Part shown: positions 11,722 to 22,530 of the stretch, piece by piece | Position numbering within the stretch: the stretch's first letter is position 1 | Layout of the letters: each line of letters opens with the position of its first letter | Source of the DNA: Octopus bimaculoides | Lineage: Eukaryota | Direction: 5' to 3' | NCBI RefSeq assembly: GCF_001194135.2 | Contig: NC_068982.1 | Location: 96,168,218-96,202,661 of the forward strand | DNA: 34,444 bases | Notes under the pieces: generated by a model | What the model was told of the DNA's origin: nothing | Database searches by the model: none | The model's input: the letters and a program-made list of their open reading frames with translations, nothing else | Translations under genes and position numbers: made by a program

Positions 11722-11965
11722 TTGGTTGGCAGAAAAACACATGCAATCTGGCAGTGTCAGATGTATGTTCCGAATCCGAGCTGAATTTCGAATCTCAGTA
11801 TGCATCAACAACCCTGTATTTATTCCAAGGAGCAAGGAACAGACATCAGCAGATGGTCGTAACACAGCCAACTTTGATGCCCTGACAAAGATGTTGGCTA
11901 TAGAGAAATGTGATACTGTTGTGATGAATCCATTGTTTGGATCAGGTCTTCCTTATAAAGCAAAA
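11722..11965 (+). CDS. KRIT1: KRIT1 coding exon 4 (NPxY/F motifs 1 and 2)
   Basis: WLAEKHMQ...FRIRAEFRISVCINNPVF...KMLAIEKCDTVVMNPLFGSGLPYKAK closely matches human WLDERH...INPAY...[23 protein letters not shown]; phase 2 to 0; 244 nt. Confidence 0.95.
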
Positions 11966-13067
11966 GTATATCCCTACTTTTTTTTTTTACCTTCTCACTA
12001 GCTTTTTATTTGAACTCTTTACATTAGATGTCACTTCATTGACAAACTTACCACTCTAAATTCAACTCATCATAACATAGTTGACTTATTCTCAATAATC
12101 ATCATATTTGGAATGGTTAAGTATCAACTTCTTGAATCTTGGTTCATTTCCCATCCCAGATGTATTGCTTTATTTCCAAACAAGTTTGTGAACTCACTTT
12201 TAGCTTCCAAGGTTTCAAAGAAAACTAGTAACTCAACCTTAACTGATGGAGTAGCTAACAAACTTTCATATAATTTGTAATGAGTTTAATCTTGTCCAAG
12301 TAGAAATGGTTTAACATAGATTCTGCACTTAATCCCAAGCAATAAGAATAAAAACAACAAATACATTAGTAATACACTATTAACAACAGCAGTAAATCCT
12401 ATCAATGAACTCCTACTTAGCCACTGAACCCACTCAGTACAGTGACTAGATTTCCCTCAATAAACTCTGCCAGCCTTAAAATAGGGTCTACATATTTTAA
12501 TGACAACAGACTTCACAATAAAACTGGAATGATCTGGGTTAGAATGTTGATCAAATGCTGAATTTAGATGACCTGTTTGACATCACAATATCATTTGTTT
12601 ACATATCAAGAATACTGAGTCAGTGACTTCTGCAAAGATTTTGATTGGTTAACTTCATATCGTAAACCTACTTAGAGTTGACGAAAGTTACTCAATTACA
12701 ACAATAACAAAAATTGCCATTAGTTCAACAGACTAAATAAATCATTCTGTTCAGCATTTAATTTGTGATTTTTTTTCCATCTATAAACTATACACATTCA
12801 GTTGTTAACTTGTAAATTGTTTGATGTCATTTCTCCTCAGATGATTGTTAATACAAATGTTGTTGCTGTTGTTCTGAGATTATGTGAGAAGTAGCAAGCC
12901 AATCAAAATGAGTTACAGTCTATGTCACATCCATCCTTATTCTCAAGTTAGGTGTTAGGAATCAATGCCTTTATCTCATGTCAGTGTGTACACTTCTCAA
13001 TGCTTAAAAATAATTTTCTTAAAAGCAATTAAAGAATTGCACACTTACTGTACCTTCTGTATTGTAG

Positions 13068-13168
13068 ACTAATCGTGTTGTGACCAATATTTACTGGGGA
13101 ATGGGAATTCCAGATTACAAAGAAATTATTGCTCACCATCAATCAGCCATGGAATCCAAGTTAGGAAT
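13068..13168 (+). CDS. KRIT1: KRIT1 coding exon 5
   Basis: gtAG acceptor; TNRVVTNIYWGMGIPDYKEIIAHHQSAMESKLG resembles human [20 protein letters not shown]; donor GTGAGT; phase 0 to 2. Confidence 0.92.
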
Positions 13169-13875
13169 GTGAGTATATTCTGCTTATATCCTTATATACC
13201 TTCTCATTCCAGATAACTTTTACATCTATTTCCATTATATTTTTGCTTCTTATAACAGAATGTTTCCACAGAGCTGAAGATCATTTGGCATATTGCCTTT
13301 GAAATTATGTTAGGCTTTTATTTCAGAGAATGACATAAGATGTTGCCACTTGGCTGCCATTATCCTTTATAGTCATTGTTGTTATTGTTAATCATAGTTA
13401 TCATCATCATCACTATTTATGAAGATATTTGTATTGTCATACCTTGTGGTTATTACTATCATTCATCCCATCTCATTACTTCAGTGTCAATATATCAATG
13501 AGGGAGCCACAATGCAACCAAATCCCCTTAAATCACATCCTAAAAAATAGGAAGAACATATTAACCAATGTAGTTCTAGTTATACAAAAGATGGGTGGTC
13601 CAGGATGGGTCTCCTTTGGCCATATGTCTGTAAAATTAAGGCTAACTTGAAGCTAAATAATATTAAAGTATTTGGTTGATGCAGACCATAACTAATTTCT
13701 TCAGGCTATATTTCTTTCCATTTTACTTTTGTGTCTGTCATTGAGGAAACTTCAACTTTTGCCTCTCCTGTTCTAAATTAATAATACCGTTTGTTCGTTT
13801 TTAAGGAGCCTCTTATAAGAAAGTTACATGAGCTGTTCATTGTCTGGGATTACTGTTGCAAATTTTGCATATATA

Positions 13876-14030
13876 TGTAGTGGAGAATCTAGGCTTCTTG
13901 CCAGAATTGCCCACTTTTGATAGCACTGCTCCCAATAAAAACCTGGACAAGTCTCTTAGCTCTGAGTTATTCAATGCTTTGTGAGTGAATATGGTAGATA
14001 GAAACTATATGAAGCCATCACACACACACA
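13876..14030 (+). mobile_element. Degenerate SINE fragment
   Basis: ACCTGGACAAGTC...GCTTTGTGAGTGAATATGGTAGATAGAAACT resembles 6652-6830. Confidence 0.55.
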
Positions 14031-14035
14031 CATAA

Positions 14036-14450
14036 ACTCATCAAAATTTAATGTCCATTTTCCATGCTGGCACAGGTTGCATGATTTGACAGGATCTGGT
14101 GAGCCACAGCATCATATCAAGCTCCAATATCAGCCTTGGCTTGGTTTCTATAGCTAGATACCCTTCCTAAGGCCAGTGACTTTACAGAGTATGCTGGGTG
14201 CTTTATTAATTTCACTGACACTAATGAAGTTGACAAGAACAGGAAAAACATAAAAGCCCCCACCCACTCAACTAAGTAATGGTTGGGGGTGGGAGCAGTG
14301 ATTTTATGCCCAGTGTTAAGAGGCTAAAGTATAACAGAGGGACAAGCCCAGTTGTCTTGCTAAAGAGGAGATACTTTGCACTTTATAAAGATGGGTAGGA
14401 GTAGCTGTAAAGAAGACAGATGGTAGTGACAAGATGTCAAAGCATCTCGT
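14036..14450 (-). mobile_element. RTE-tail SINE/LINE 3' fragment
   Basis: TTTAATGTCCATTTTCCATGCTGGC...TTTCTATAGCTAGATACCCTTCCTAA is the reverse complement of the RTE 3' end. Confidence 0.7.
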
Positions 14451-14489
14451 ATTTTATGTCTGTGTGTGTGTGTGTGTGTGTGTAGTCCA

Positions 14490-14708
14490 CATTACTCCAT
14501 AAAGAGCATAGGGCTGGTTTCTTGGTTTTTCTGGCTTATATCTACCCCCCTGGATAAGACGCAGGATTACTCATTTTTATCAGCTGAGTGGACTAGAACA
14601 ACATGAAATGGAGTATTTTGCTTAAGAACACAATGCATTTCCCAGCCCAAGAACCAAAACCACAATTTTACAATCATGGGTCCAACACCCTAACCACTAA
14701 GCCATGTG

Positions 14709-14709
<1 letters not shown>
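14490..14709 (-). mobile_element. tRNA-derived SINE between (GT)n and (CA)n tracts
   Basis: The reverse strand begins GCACATGGCTTAGTGGTTAGGGTGTTGGACCCATGATTG, an A-box-like tRNA head. Confidence 0.7.
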
Positions 14710-14748
<39 letters not shown>

Positions 14749-15091
14749 CTTATCATCATCATTTTTAACATGATGATGATTATATTGTGTAAGAGTATCT
14801 CTGTACATGTTTACATTCTCAGTTTGTATGAAAAAGCTTTGAACTGCAGTGCTTCATATTTGGTGACATACTGACATTGTTTACTAGCTCTACATTTCAA
14901 AGTCAAGTAAAATGAAGCCTCTCTTACTTGAAAAACAGGTAAGGATTAGCAACAGGAAGTACATCCAACTGTAAAACAATGCCTTATTAACGTTTTCATC
15001 TAACTCAAGTTAGAACAGATGTAAATGTTACTGCTCATGCAAAAATAACATGTCTGATAATGCATATATGAATCTCTCATTTGATTTCAAG

Positions 15092-15229
15092 GGATCAGTT
15101 ATGGGCTAGAAATTACCCAATTCATAAGTGTGCATATGAAGGAGACGTCAATGGAATAATGAGACTTAGTAAGATTCCACATTCCATGAAGGATGACAAA
15201 ATGTTTGCACCAATTCATTATGCAGCTTG
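15092..15229 (+). CDS. KRIT1: KRIT1 coding exon 6 (ankyrin repeats)
   Basis: DQLWARNYPIHKCAYEGDVNGIMRLSKIPHSMKDDKMFAPIHYAAW resembles human QWVDDFPLHRSACEGD...WAPIHYACW; AAG acceptor, GTAAGT donor; phase 2 to 2. Confidence 0.93.
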
Positions 15230-15380
15230 GTAAGTAGCTTTCCTCAAAGGACTCTAAAATCTCTGTTCCTATATAATTTACAAGAATTCTATATTTTAAA
15301 AGGTAACTTGCAGTTTTGGCCTCAAAGGACTCTAAAATCTCTGTTACTATATAATTTACAAGGATTCTTTATTTCAAAAG
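15230..15380 (+). repeat. Two-copy tandem duplication starting at the exon 6 splice donor
   Basis: CCTCAAAGGACTCTAAAATCTCTGTT(C/A)CTATATAATTTACAAG... at 15242-15302 and 15320-15380 (period 78). Confidence 0.95.
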
Positions 15381-16110
15381 TATAGTACAATGTATTTTGT
15401 GAATGCTTATAGTCTTTTGCATTTATCTTTCATTTTTCCACTTAGATTGGATGGCTCCACAAATTCAAAGATGCATCTTTCATTGATATTCTGATCATCA
15501 GAAAGAAATGTCATAATTCATTGATTGCTAGAACATTACTAAAGACTTTGACTTTACATATTCTTATTGTAGAAGGATGCACTAGAGTGATTTTCCATAG
15601 TCTTCTCTAGGCTCCTAATAGAATTTGAGCTCAGTGTTATTGGCTGACAAAGTACATGTCAGTTATCTAACACTCCATTGCCTATAGCTACAAACTATAT
15701 ATTCTGATAAAGAAGGAACTTGTATACAATTGTTTAACCTCCTAGAATTAGCAGTCAGAACTACCTCAGATCACACCTTGTTCTTATAAGAGGAACATAA
15801 TGGATAATGTAATTCTAGATACATTCTGTCTTACGAGACAAAATAGTTACAACTGGAACAGGTTTGATCATAGGTCTATTCTCAGGTGACCTGAGACTAT
15901 ACAACAAACATTTTTAGCATGACATAATGTGGGAACATGTATACAGTTGCTTGACTTGCTATTTAGCAACCAAATCTTTCTCTGTAGCCCAAGATACACT
16001 ATGTCTGAAAAAAAAAAAGTAAGAAATGGTTAGATAATGTTTTTACTTTATACCTCCAGCTTTAATATTTCAAAGAAATGCATAATTGTACTTCATTTAT
16101 TTGTATAAAG

Positions 16111-16264
16111 GAAAGGGCATGCTGATGCTGTGGTAACATTGCTAAGGGCTGGATGTTCTCCCAACATTACAAATGTGGATCATCAGACACCTTTACACAT
16201 TGCAGCTATGAGAGGGAAGCCAAATGTTGTTGATGTCTTATTGGAAGATTCAAATATTGATGTG
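16111..16264 (+). CDS. KRIT1: KRIT1 coding exon 7 (ankyrin repeats)
   Basis: KGHADAVVTLLRAGCSPNITNVDHQTPLHIAAMRGKPNVVDVLLEDSNIDV contains the canonical TPLH ankyrin motif; donor GTAAGC; phase 2 to 0. Confidence 0.95.
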
Positions 16265-17107
16265 GTAAGCTTTATATCTTTTCCTTCATAACAAAATAAC
16301 ATGATTCAGTTTTGTCTTTTTATAATAATATTAACTTCTTCTGACTTTGATATAGTAACACTGCAATACTACATGGAAGCCTGGGATTGTTAGGTGGGAA
16401 AATGTGAACTGTGATTTTCAAGTTTTTCCTTTTTTTCCAATGATGTTAGCAGTTTAAATGAAGAGAAATATAACTGAAAGCCAAAACCAGGTTACATACT
16501 TAAATTGGGATCTGTGGATTCAGTGGTGGTTCACAAATTTTTTATATATATTCTCATTTAAATTAGGTTAAAAACTATAACTTGTGTACAAAATGTAAAA
16601 TTATGTCCTCACATTTTTTTCATTATAGTTTTGAAACTTCATAGTTTGAAAGTGTTTTTAAAAAAGAAATTTGTACTGAGTAAAAATATCATTTGGAATT
16701 TACATCTGGTCTGTCTCTACGAGATATTCATAAACTGCAACATTTAGTGATGAAATAGAAGAATTTTTTTATGCTGAGTTCACTAAAACCTTAGTTTTCT
16801 AGAATTTACCTGTTATTTTTGTGTGTGTCCAAAAGAAAAATTAGTGGGTTGTCAAATGAATTCATTTTTTTATTACTTGGATAATGTAATTCTAGATATG
16901 TTATCATCATTCGTTTGAAAGAAAGAAAATTTATTCAACTTTCAAAAAAAATATGAAACATTATACTAAATATATTTTTTGTGTTAATTCAAATAACATT
17001 GGGAAAAAAGAATTAATTTATATAATGACCAATAGACGTTGAGCATAACTGGAAGAGGAAGGTAGATTCAAATTTTCTTTTTTTCTTCTTTTGTGCATCC
17101 TTCACAG

Positions 17108-17215
17108 AATGCTCGAAATAAGAACAACAAAACTCCCTATGATCTGTGTTGTAAAGCATCCAGTCCTGAAATGAAACGAGCAGCTGATTTGTTAGAAGCT
17201 GCTATGAACAGACCA
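17108..17215 (+). CDS. KRIT1: KRIT1 coding exon 8
   Basis: Long pyrimidine tract, cAG; NARNKNNKTPYDLCCKASSPEMKRAADLLEAAMNRP resembles human GRSPLNICE...EEAAKLLKEAINKP; GTAAGT; phase 0 to 0. Confidence 0.93.
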
Positions 17216-17504
17216 GTAAGTTTAAACAGATTTCATTCATTCATACAGAAAACTACTGCAGAAAATTCCAAGAACAATATACTCCTCTTAGCTTTGTTTC
17301 ATTTCCAGATCGTACAGATATTTTACAAAATTGTTAGTTGATAATAAACTTCATTTTTTAATGATCAAATCTTTGTATTAATTAAAACCTGAAAAATTAA
17401 AATACAAGTTTAATATTATAATCATTAATTGCTTCTTTAATAAGGTCTAATTTCTGAAGCACAGATAATGGTGTCATTGTTGTGTGTTTGGCTCTTTTAT
17501 TTAG

Positions 17505-17609
17505 AGTCGCAAGATTGAAATTCACCTCATGGACGGAAAGCAGAAAACCTTAAACTTGACTACAGGAGATAATACAACTGTCAGCCACTTCAGGGAGCAA
17601 ATGCTAAGA
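17505..17609 (+). CDS. KRIT1: KRIT1 coding exon 9 (FERM F1 start)
   Basis: SRKIEIHLMDGKQKTLNLTTGDNTTVSHFREQMLR resembles human [31 protein letters not shown]; phase 0 to 0. Confidence 0.92.
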
Positions 17610-18764
17610 GTGAGTAAGCCTTTGTTTGTTTGATTTGACAATGTAGTAATCCTGGAAGATAAAAAGCTGTTTTAGTTCTGCCAGAATTCAATAAAGTAAG
17701 CACAACAACTCATACTTTGATTTATTTGCATTTGACCTGTTTCTCTATTAAAGAATAACAGAAAAGCAGGTTTGAAATTGATAGAGATAGATAGTACCTG
17801 TGTAAATCAGTCTTTGAATGCACAAAATTCAGAATTACTCAGAACAACAAATTTGCTTCTATCTATTGAAGTCCCCAGTACAGTTTGGTGGAAATATGCT
17901 AAGGTAGACAACAACTTTCTGAAGGCCCATTATGATAGTCTTTCACTATTATACTTAGTGCCTACTTATTCCCAGTTTCATCATTCCACCTAAAGTATAA
18001 CTTATTTATATGTTGCTTTTACATTCACTGCTCAAAACTCATTTATGTTGAAATAATTACGTAGTTTTAGATATTGATACAGCATGACAGATGTATTGAA
18101 AGCACTTACTTTGCTTTGCCAGAAAGTAAGATGGTATTGCCCACAAACCTTTACAGGACCCCTAAAATTTGTGGAAGTGAGAAAGGGAGATATCCTTAAG
18201 CCATAAGCCTGATCCAAGTAGCAGGTTCAAGTGGTTGTGTTAAACCAGATTTTAATTGCTAGAAATTTAATGTTTTTATCTCTGATTTTTCTTAAAAAAA
18301 AACAACAAATTAGCAAAACAGTAACAGATAGTTAGATCAATAAAGGGTCAAACTAACAAACGGAGGTTGTTAAAAGGTATCCTGTCACTCTTTAATTCTA
18401 AGCTACTCAGTCCTCCTGGGTGTACTGAACCAGATTGTGTTACTGTTCACCACTTAAGGAAATAATAGCCTGGAGAAAACTAACCACTTTTTCAGTGGGT
18501 CATGCTGAATTCGGTTATTCATGTTAGTATGATTTGTAGGTGAGTGGATTCCTCCTGGCTAAGTTGCTTTATATGAAGACACTTTTTAATGGTGACATTA
18601 AACTATCACTACCAGTTAAAGAGGAAAGAATGGATTTTATGATTTAACTATGTGGGGATAAACACTACACTCAGGTTTTTTTTTTTGTTTCCTGAATTTA
18701 TGTAATATATTATCTCATCTTTTGTTTGTGAATGTGTACATATATTATATATATCATATAATTA

Positions 18765-18905
18765 TCATCATTTAACATCCGTTTTCCATGCTGGCATGAG
18801 TTGGACGGGTTGACTGGAGCTGGCAAGCCAAAAGACTGCACCAGACTTAACTGTCTCTTTTGGCATGGTTTTTATGGCTAAATACCCTTCCTAATACCAA
18901 CTACT
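18765..18905 (-). mobile_element. RTE-tail SINE/LINE 3' fragment
   Basis: ATCATCATTTAACATCCGTTTTCCATGCTGGCATGAGTTGGACGG is the reverse complement of the RTE tail. Confidence 0.8.
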
Positions 18906-18907
18906 TA

Positions 18908-18968
<61 letters not shown>

Positions 18969-19894
18969 CTTCGTCCAATGTATCCTTTCTTTAAAACAGT
19001 AGTGTGTGGATTGAGAGCAACAACTTGGCTGTTATTTCTCATGGATTGAGTAATCTTGCAAAGACCTTTCATCATTGATTCAGCATGAATTTGCCTGTTG
19101 TTCTTTAGCTCCAGATCAGCTCTGATTAAACAGACCTAAGAGGAAATGCATTCCAGATGTGGCCACCCTGTCTTTTGTATATCAAAAACTACATTGTCCA
19201 ACATGTTTTATTTGAGAAAAATTTGGCTGTTTTTACCAAATGGGCAAATGACTATGTAGCTGAATACTATGACCAGCTGGTTTACATTGACATCATTTTG
19301 TAAGACAGAAGAGGCAGACCAGATGATACTCTCATCTGTCAGAAAACAGCTCTCATATTCTCTCTCTCTTCTCTTACTTCATTCCTTCAGGCAGCTGGTT
19401 TGTGTAATAGGCAGTACAAGGTATGAATTATTCAGGAGGTATGTGATAGTTGATAGGAGAAAGAGTCAAAAGGGTTTTGGCTATGTTTATATAGATATAT
19501 TTACATAAGCTTCAGTATGATAAGGTCATTTTACTATAAGTAATTTTACATTAGAGTAGTTGCATAAAATATTTGTAGTGTAACCCGCACACTCCAGACC
19601 AATTAGTTAAGTAATATCTGTAACTTAGTGTTTATTAGTGTTCTTTTGAAATTGTTTCCTGTTCTGGGGGTTTGAGATCAGTACTGCAAGTTAGCAAAGC
19701 ACTTCTCAGTGTTACAGTGATCTTTCCTCCATTTAGCTCTGGTTGTGTGTTGTGCATTCCCATGATACTTATTTCTGTGTCACAGCAACATACTGATGAC
19801 ATGGTATGAATTTTCAGTTCTTCAGCTGGTAATTAGATACCTTCGTCAGCCATGACTCTCCCACAAACCAACTGTTTTATCTACAGTTTAGGGG

Positions 19895-20063
19895 TTTTGT
19901 CTTGCAAGTTACTTGGTGACCTTGCTGATGTTGATGCCATGTAAAAAGCACCCACTACACTCTGTAAAGTGGCTGGCAATAGAGCTTGATAAATCCTCTA
20001 GCTCGTCAGCCCTTGTCAAACCATCCTACCCATGCCAACATGGAAGGCAGATGTTAAATAATG
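19895..20063 (+). mobile_element. Older RTE-tail copy immediately upstream of the young LINE
   Basis: AAAAAGCACCCACTACACTCTGTAAAGTGG...CCCATGCCAACATGGAAGGCAGATGTTAAATAATGA resembles 21322-21490. Confidence 0.75.
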
Positions 20064-20064
20064 A

Positions 20065-21510
20065 AGCAATGAATTCCGGGTAGAGGTAGGGGTCCACCAA
20101 GGTTCCGTCCTCAGCCCCCTATTATTTACCATAGTCCTCCAGGCAATCACAGAGGAGTTCAAGACAGGTTGCCCCTGGGAGCTCCTCTATGCTGATGACC
20201 TTGCCCTAATTGCGGAGTCACTATCAGAACTAGAGGAGAAGTTTCAGGTGTGGAAGCAAGGTCTAGAATTGAAGGGCCTTAGAGTCAACCTAGCTAAAAC
20301 CAAAATCCTAATAAGTAGGAAGGTAGATAAAACACAAACCCCTTCAGGTAGATGGCCCTGCTCAGTATGTAGAAAAGGAGTAGGTAGTAACTCTATAAGA
20401 TGTACCCGGTGCAAGCTATGGACACATAAGAGGTGCAGCNNNNNNNNNNNNNNNNNNNNNNNNNNNNNNNNNNNNNNNNNNNNNNNNNNNNNNNNNNNNN
20501 NNNNNNNNNNNNNNNNNNNNNNNNNNNNNNNNNNNNNNNNNNNNNNNNNNNNNNNNNNNNNNNNNNNNNNNNNNNNNNNNNNNNNNNNNNNNNNNNNNNN
20601 NNNNNNNNNNNNNNNNNNNNNNNNNNNNNNNNNNNNNNNNNNNNNNNNNNNNNNNNNNNNNNNNNNNNNNNNNNNNNNNNNNNNNNNNNNNNNNNNNNNN
20701 NNNNNNNNNNNNNNNNNNNNNNNNNNNNNNNNNNNNNNNNNNNNNNNNNNNNNNNNNNNNNNNNNNNNNNNNNNNNNNNNNNNNNNNNNNNNNNNNNNNN
20801 NNNNNNNNNNNNNNNNNNNNNNNNNNNNNNNNNNNNNNNNNNNNNNNNNNNNNNNNNNNNNNNNNNNNNNNNNNNNNNNNNNNNNNNNNNNNNNNNNNNN
20901 NNNNNNNNNNNNNNNNNNNNNNNNNNNNNNNNNNNNNNNNNNNNNNNNNNNNNNNNNNNNNNNNNNNNNNNNNNNNNNNNNNNNNNNNNNNNNNNNNNNN
21001 NNNNNNNNNNNNNNNNNNNNNNNNNNNNNNNNNNNNNNNNNNNNNNNNNNNNNNNNNNNNNNNNNNNNNNNNNNNNNNNNNNNNNNNNNNNNNNNNNNNN
21101 NNNNNNNNNNNNNNNNNNNNNNNNNNNNNNNNNNNNNNNNNNNNNNNNNNNNNNNNNNNNNNNNNNNNNNNNNNNNNNNNNNNNNNNNNNNNNNNNNNNN
21201 NNNNNNNNNNNNNNNNNNNNNNNNNNNNNNNNNNNNNNNNNNNNNNNNNNNNNNNNNNNNNNNNNNNNNNNGGCACATAAAAGACACCATTTCGAGCGTG
21301 GCCGTTTTCGTGCGGGTGACACGTAAAAGCACCCACTACACTCTCTGAGTGGTTGGCGTTAGGAAGGGCATCCAGCTGTAGAAACTCTGCCAAATCGGAC
21401 TGGAGCCTGGTGTTGCCATCCGGTTTCACCAGTCCTCAGTCAAATCGTCCAACCCATGCTAGCATGGAAAGCGGACGTTAAACGATGATGATGATGATGA
21501 TGATGATGAT
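20065..21510 (+). mobile_element. 5'-truncated RTE-clade non-LTR retrotransposon (RT C-terminal part, gap, 3' UTR and (GAT)n tail)
   Basis: Stop-free 125 codons at 20065-20439: EFRVEVGVHQGSVLSPLLF...LLYADDLALIAES...GLRVNLAKTK...WPCSVCRKGVGSNSIRCTRCKLWTHKRCS (YADD catalytic motif). After the gap come a CpG-intact 3' end and (GAT)n. Continuity across the gap is inferred. Confidence 0.9.
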
Positions 21511-21569
21511 TAAACAATAGTGTGTGAGTCAAAATGCATTATTATGAAATTATTATTGTGTTCATTTAG

Positions 21570-21633
21570 GAACTTGACCTGCCTGAATCTTACGGAAATA
21601 TTTTCTCAATATGGATTTGTTCACAAAGTCTTG
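21570..21633 (+). CDS. KRIT1: KRIT1 coding exon 10 (FERM F1)
   Basis: tttAG; ELDLPESYGNIFSIWICSQSL resembles human YFTIWICSENL; donor GTACGT; phase 0 to 1. Confidence 0.92.
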
Positions 21634-22121
21634 GTACGTATATTGATAACTATCATTAACTTTTATTTATTATTTCTCTACTTCTTTAAAAATATTCGAA
21701 ACCTTTTGCTCCTTTTTTACTTCCATCATAGAAGAAAAGCTTTTGCAAATTTAGGCATTTGTATTTTGTAGAAACAGAAACCTTTACACTTGAGTGTCCC
21801 TCAAACTGCTAACACCACTCAACTGTAAAACAGAAAGTGGGACTTATTTGTCAGCCAGGCAAACTGAGAGAAGCAAAATTGTGTAATTTGCTCAAGAGGC
21901 AGTATAAAAACTAAAGCTTAGCTTGTATTAGTATGCATGTTATCACTAGTTCAATACTTTCATGGCTATTGAACTTTCAATGATGCAATTATTTGGTAAT
22001 ATGAGGAAATGTTAAAAATATCAGATAAATTAAAAGAATAAACTCAAAATCTTAACTGTAAACAGTCATTACAGTGTATGTATAAATATGGAAATATATG
22101 AGAGTATTAAGCCTTTGTTCC

Positions 22122-22530
22122 ACTGAGACTGTGGTTGAAGAACTTGCTTCCTCACTGTATGTTTTCAAGTTCTGTCTCCACACTGTGAGGTACCTTGGAC
22201 AAATTAGGTGACTGTCTTCTACAATAGCTCTGGCTGACTAAAGAACTATTCAATTGAATGAAATTGGTAGAAGCTTGTTGTGTGTGTGTATGTACATTTG
22301 TTTTGACATCACTTGAGGGTTATGAAGGAGCATCACCATAATACAAGTAATGTTTTTTCTAGCCTTCTGTAAAAATAAAAAACAGTCTGGCCATAGGAAA
22401 AATACTACCATGCTTGGAAACAAGTAAGGTGAGGGTTGGTGACATGAAGGGCATGTGGCCATAGAAAATCTGTGTCATTGAAGTTTGTCTGACCCATGAA
22501 AGCATGGAATAGTGGATGTTGAAACAAGTA
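22122..22530 (+). mobile_element. Degenerate SINE (family of 6652-6990)
   Basis: CTGTGGTTGAAGAACTTGCTTCC head; tail CCCATGAAAGCATGGAATAGTGGATGTTG. Confidence 0.65.

Noticed and set aside
12040-12700. Possible ancient CR1/L2 RT remnant on the minus strand
   Set aside because: Too degraded to support without TBLASTX or HMM.
12841-12894. Acceptor-like ctcctcAG followed by ATG as a candidate exon 5
   Set aside because: Reaches a stop with no donor and has no KRIT1 similarity.
14640-14709. tRNA-like A/B boxes here and at 860-935 as tRNA genes
   Set aside because: They are heads of degenerate multi-copy SINEs and do not form a cloverleaf.
18071-18125. 55-nt exon-like segment with the same phases (0 to 1) as exon 10, suggesting a mutually exclusive exon
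   Set aside because: ILIQHDRCIESTYFALPE has no similarity to exon 10, the acceptor tract is weak, and the exon at 21570 fits homology. Reconsider only with junction reads.
20244-21429. Several 300+ aa ORFs across the second gap
   Set aside because: N-run artefacts; only the + frame RT segment before the gap is real.
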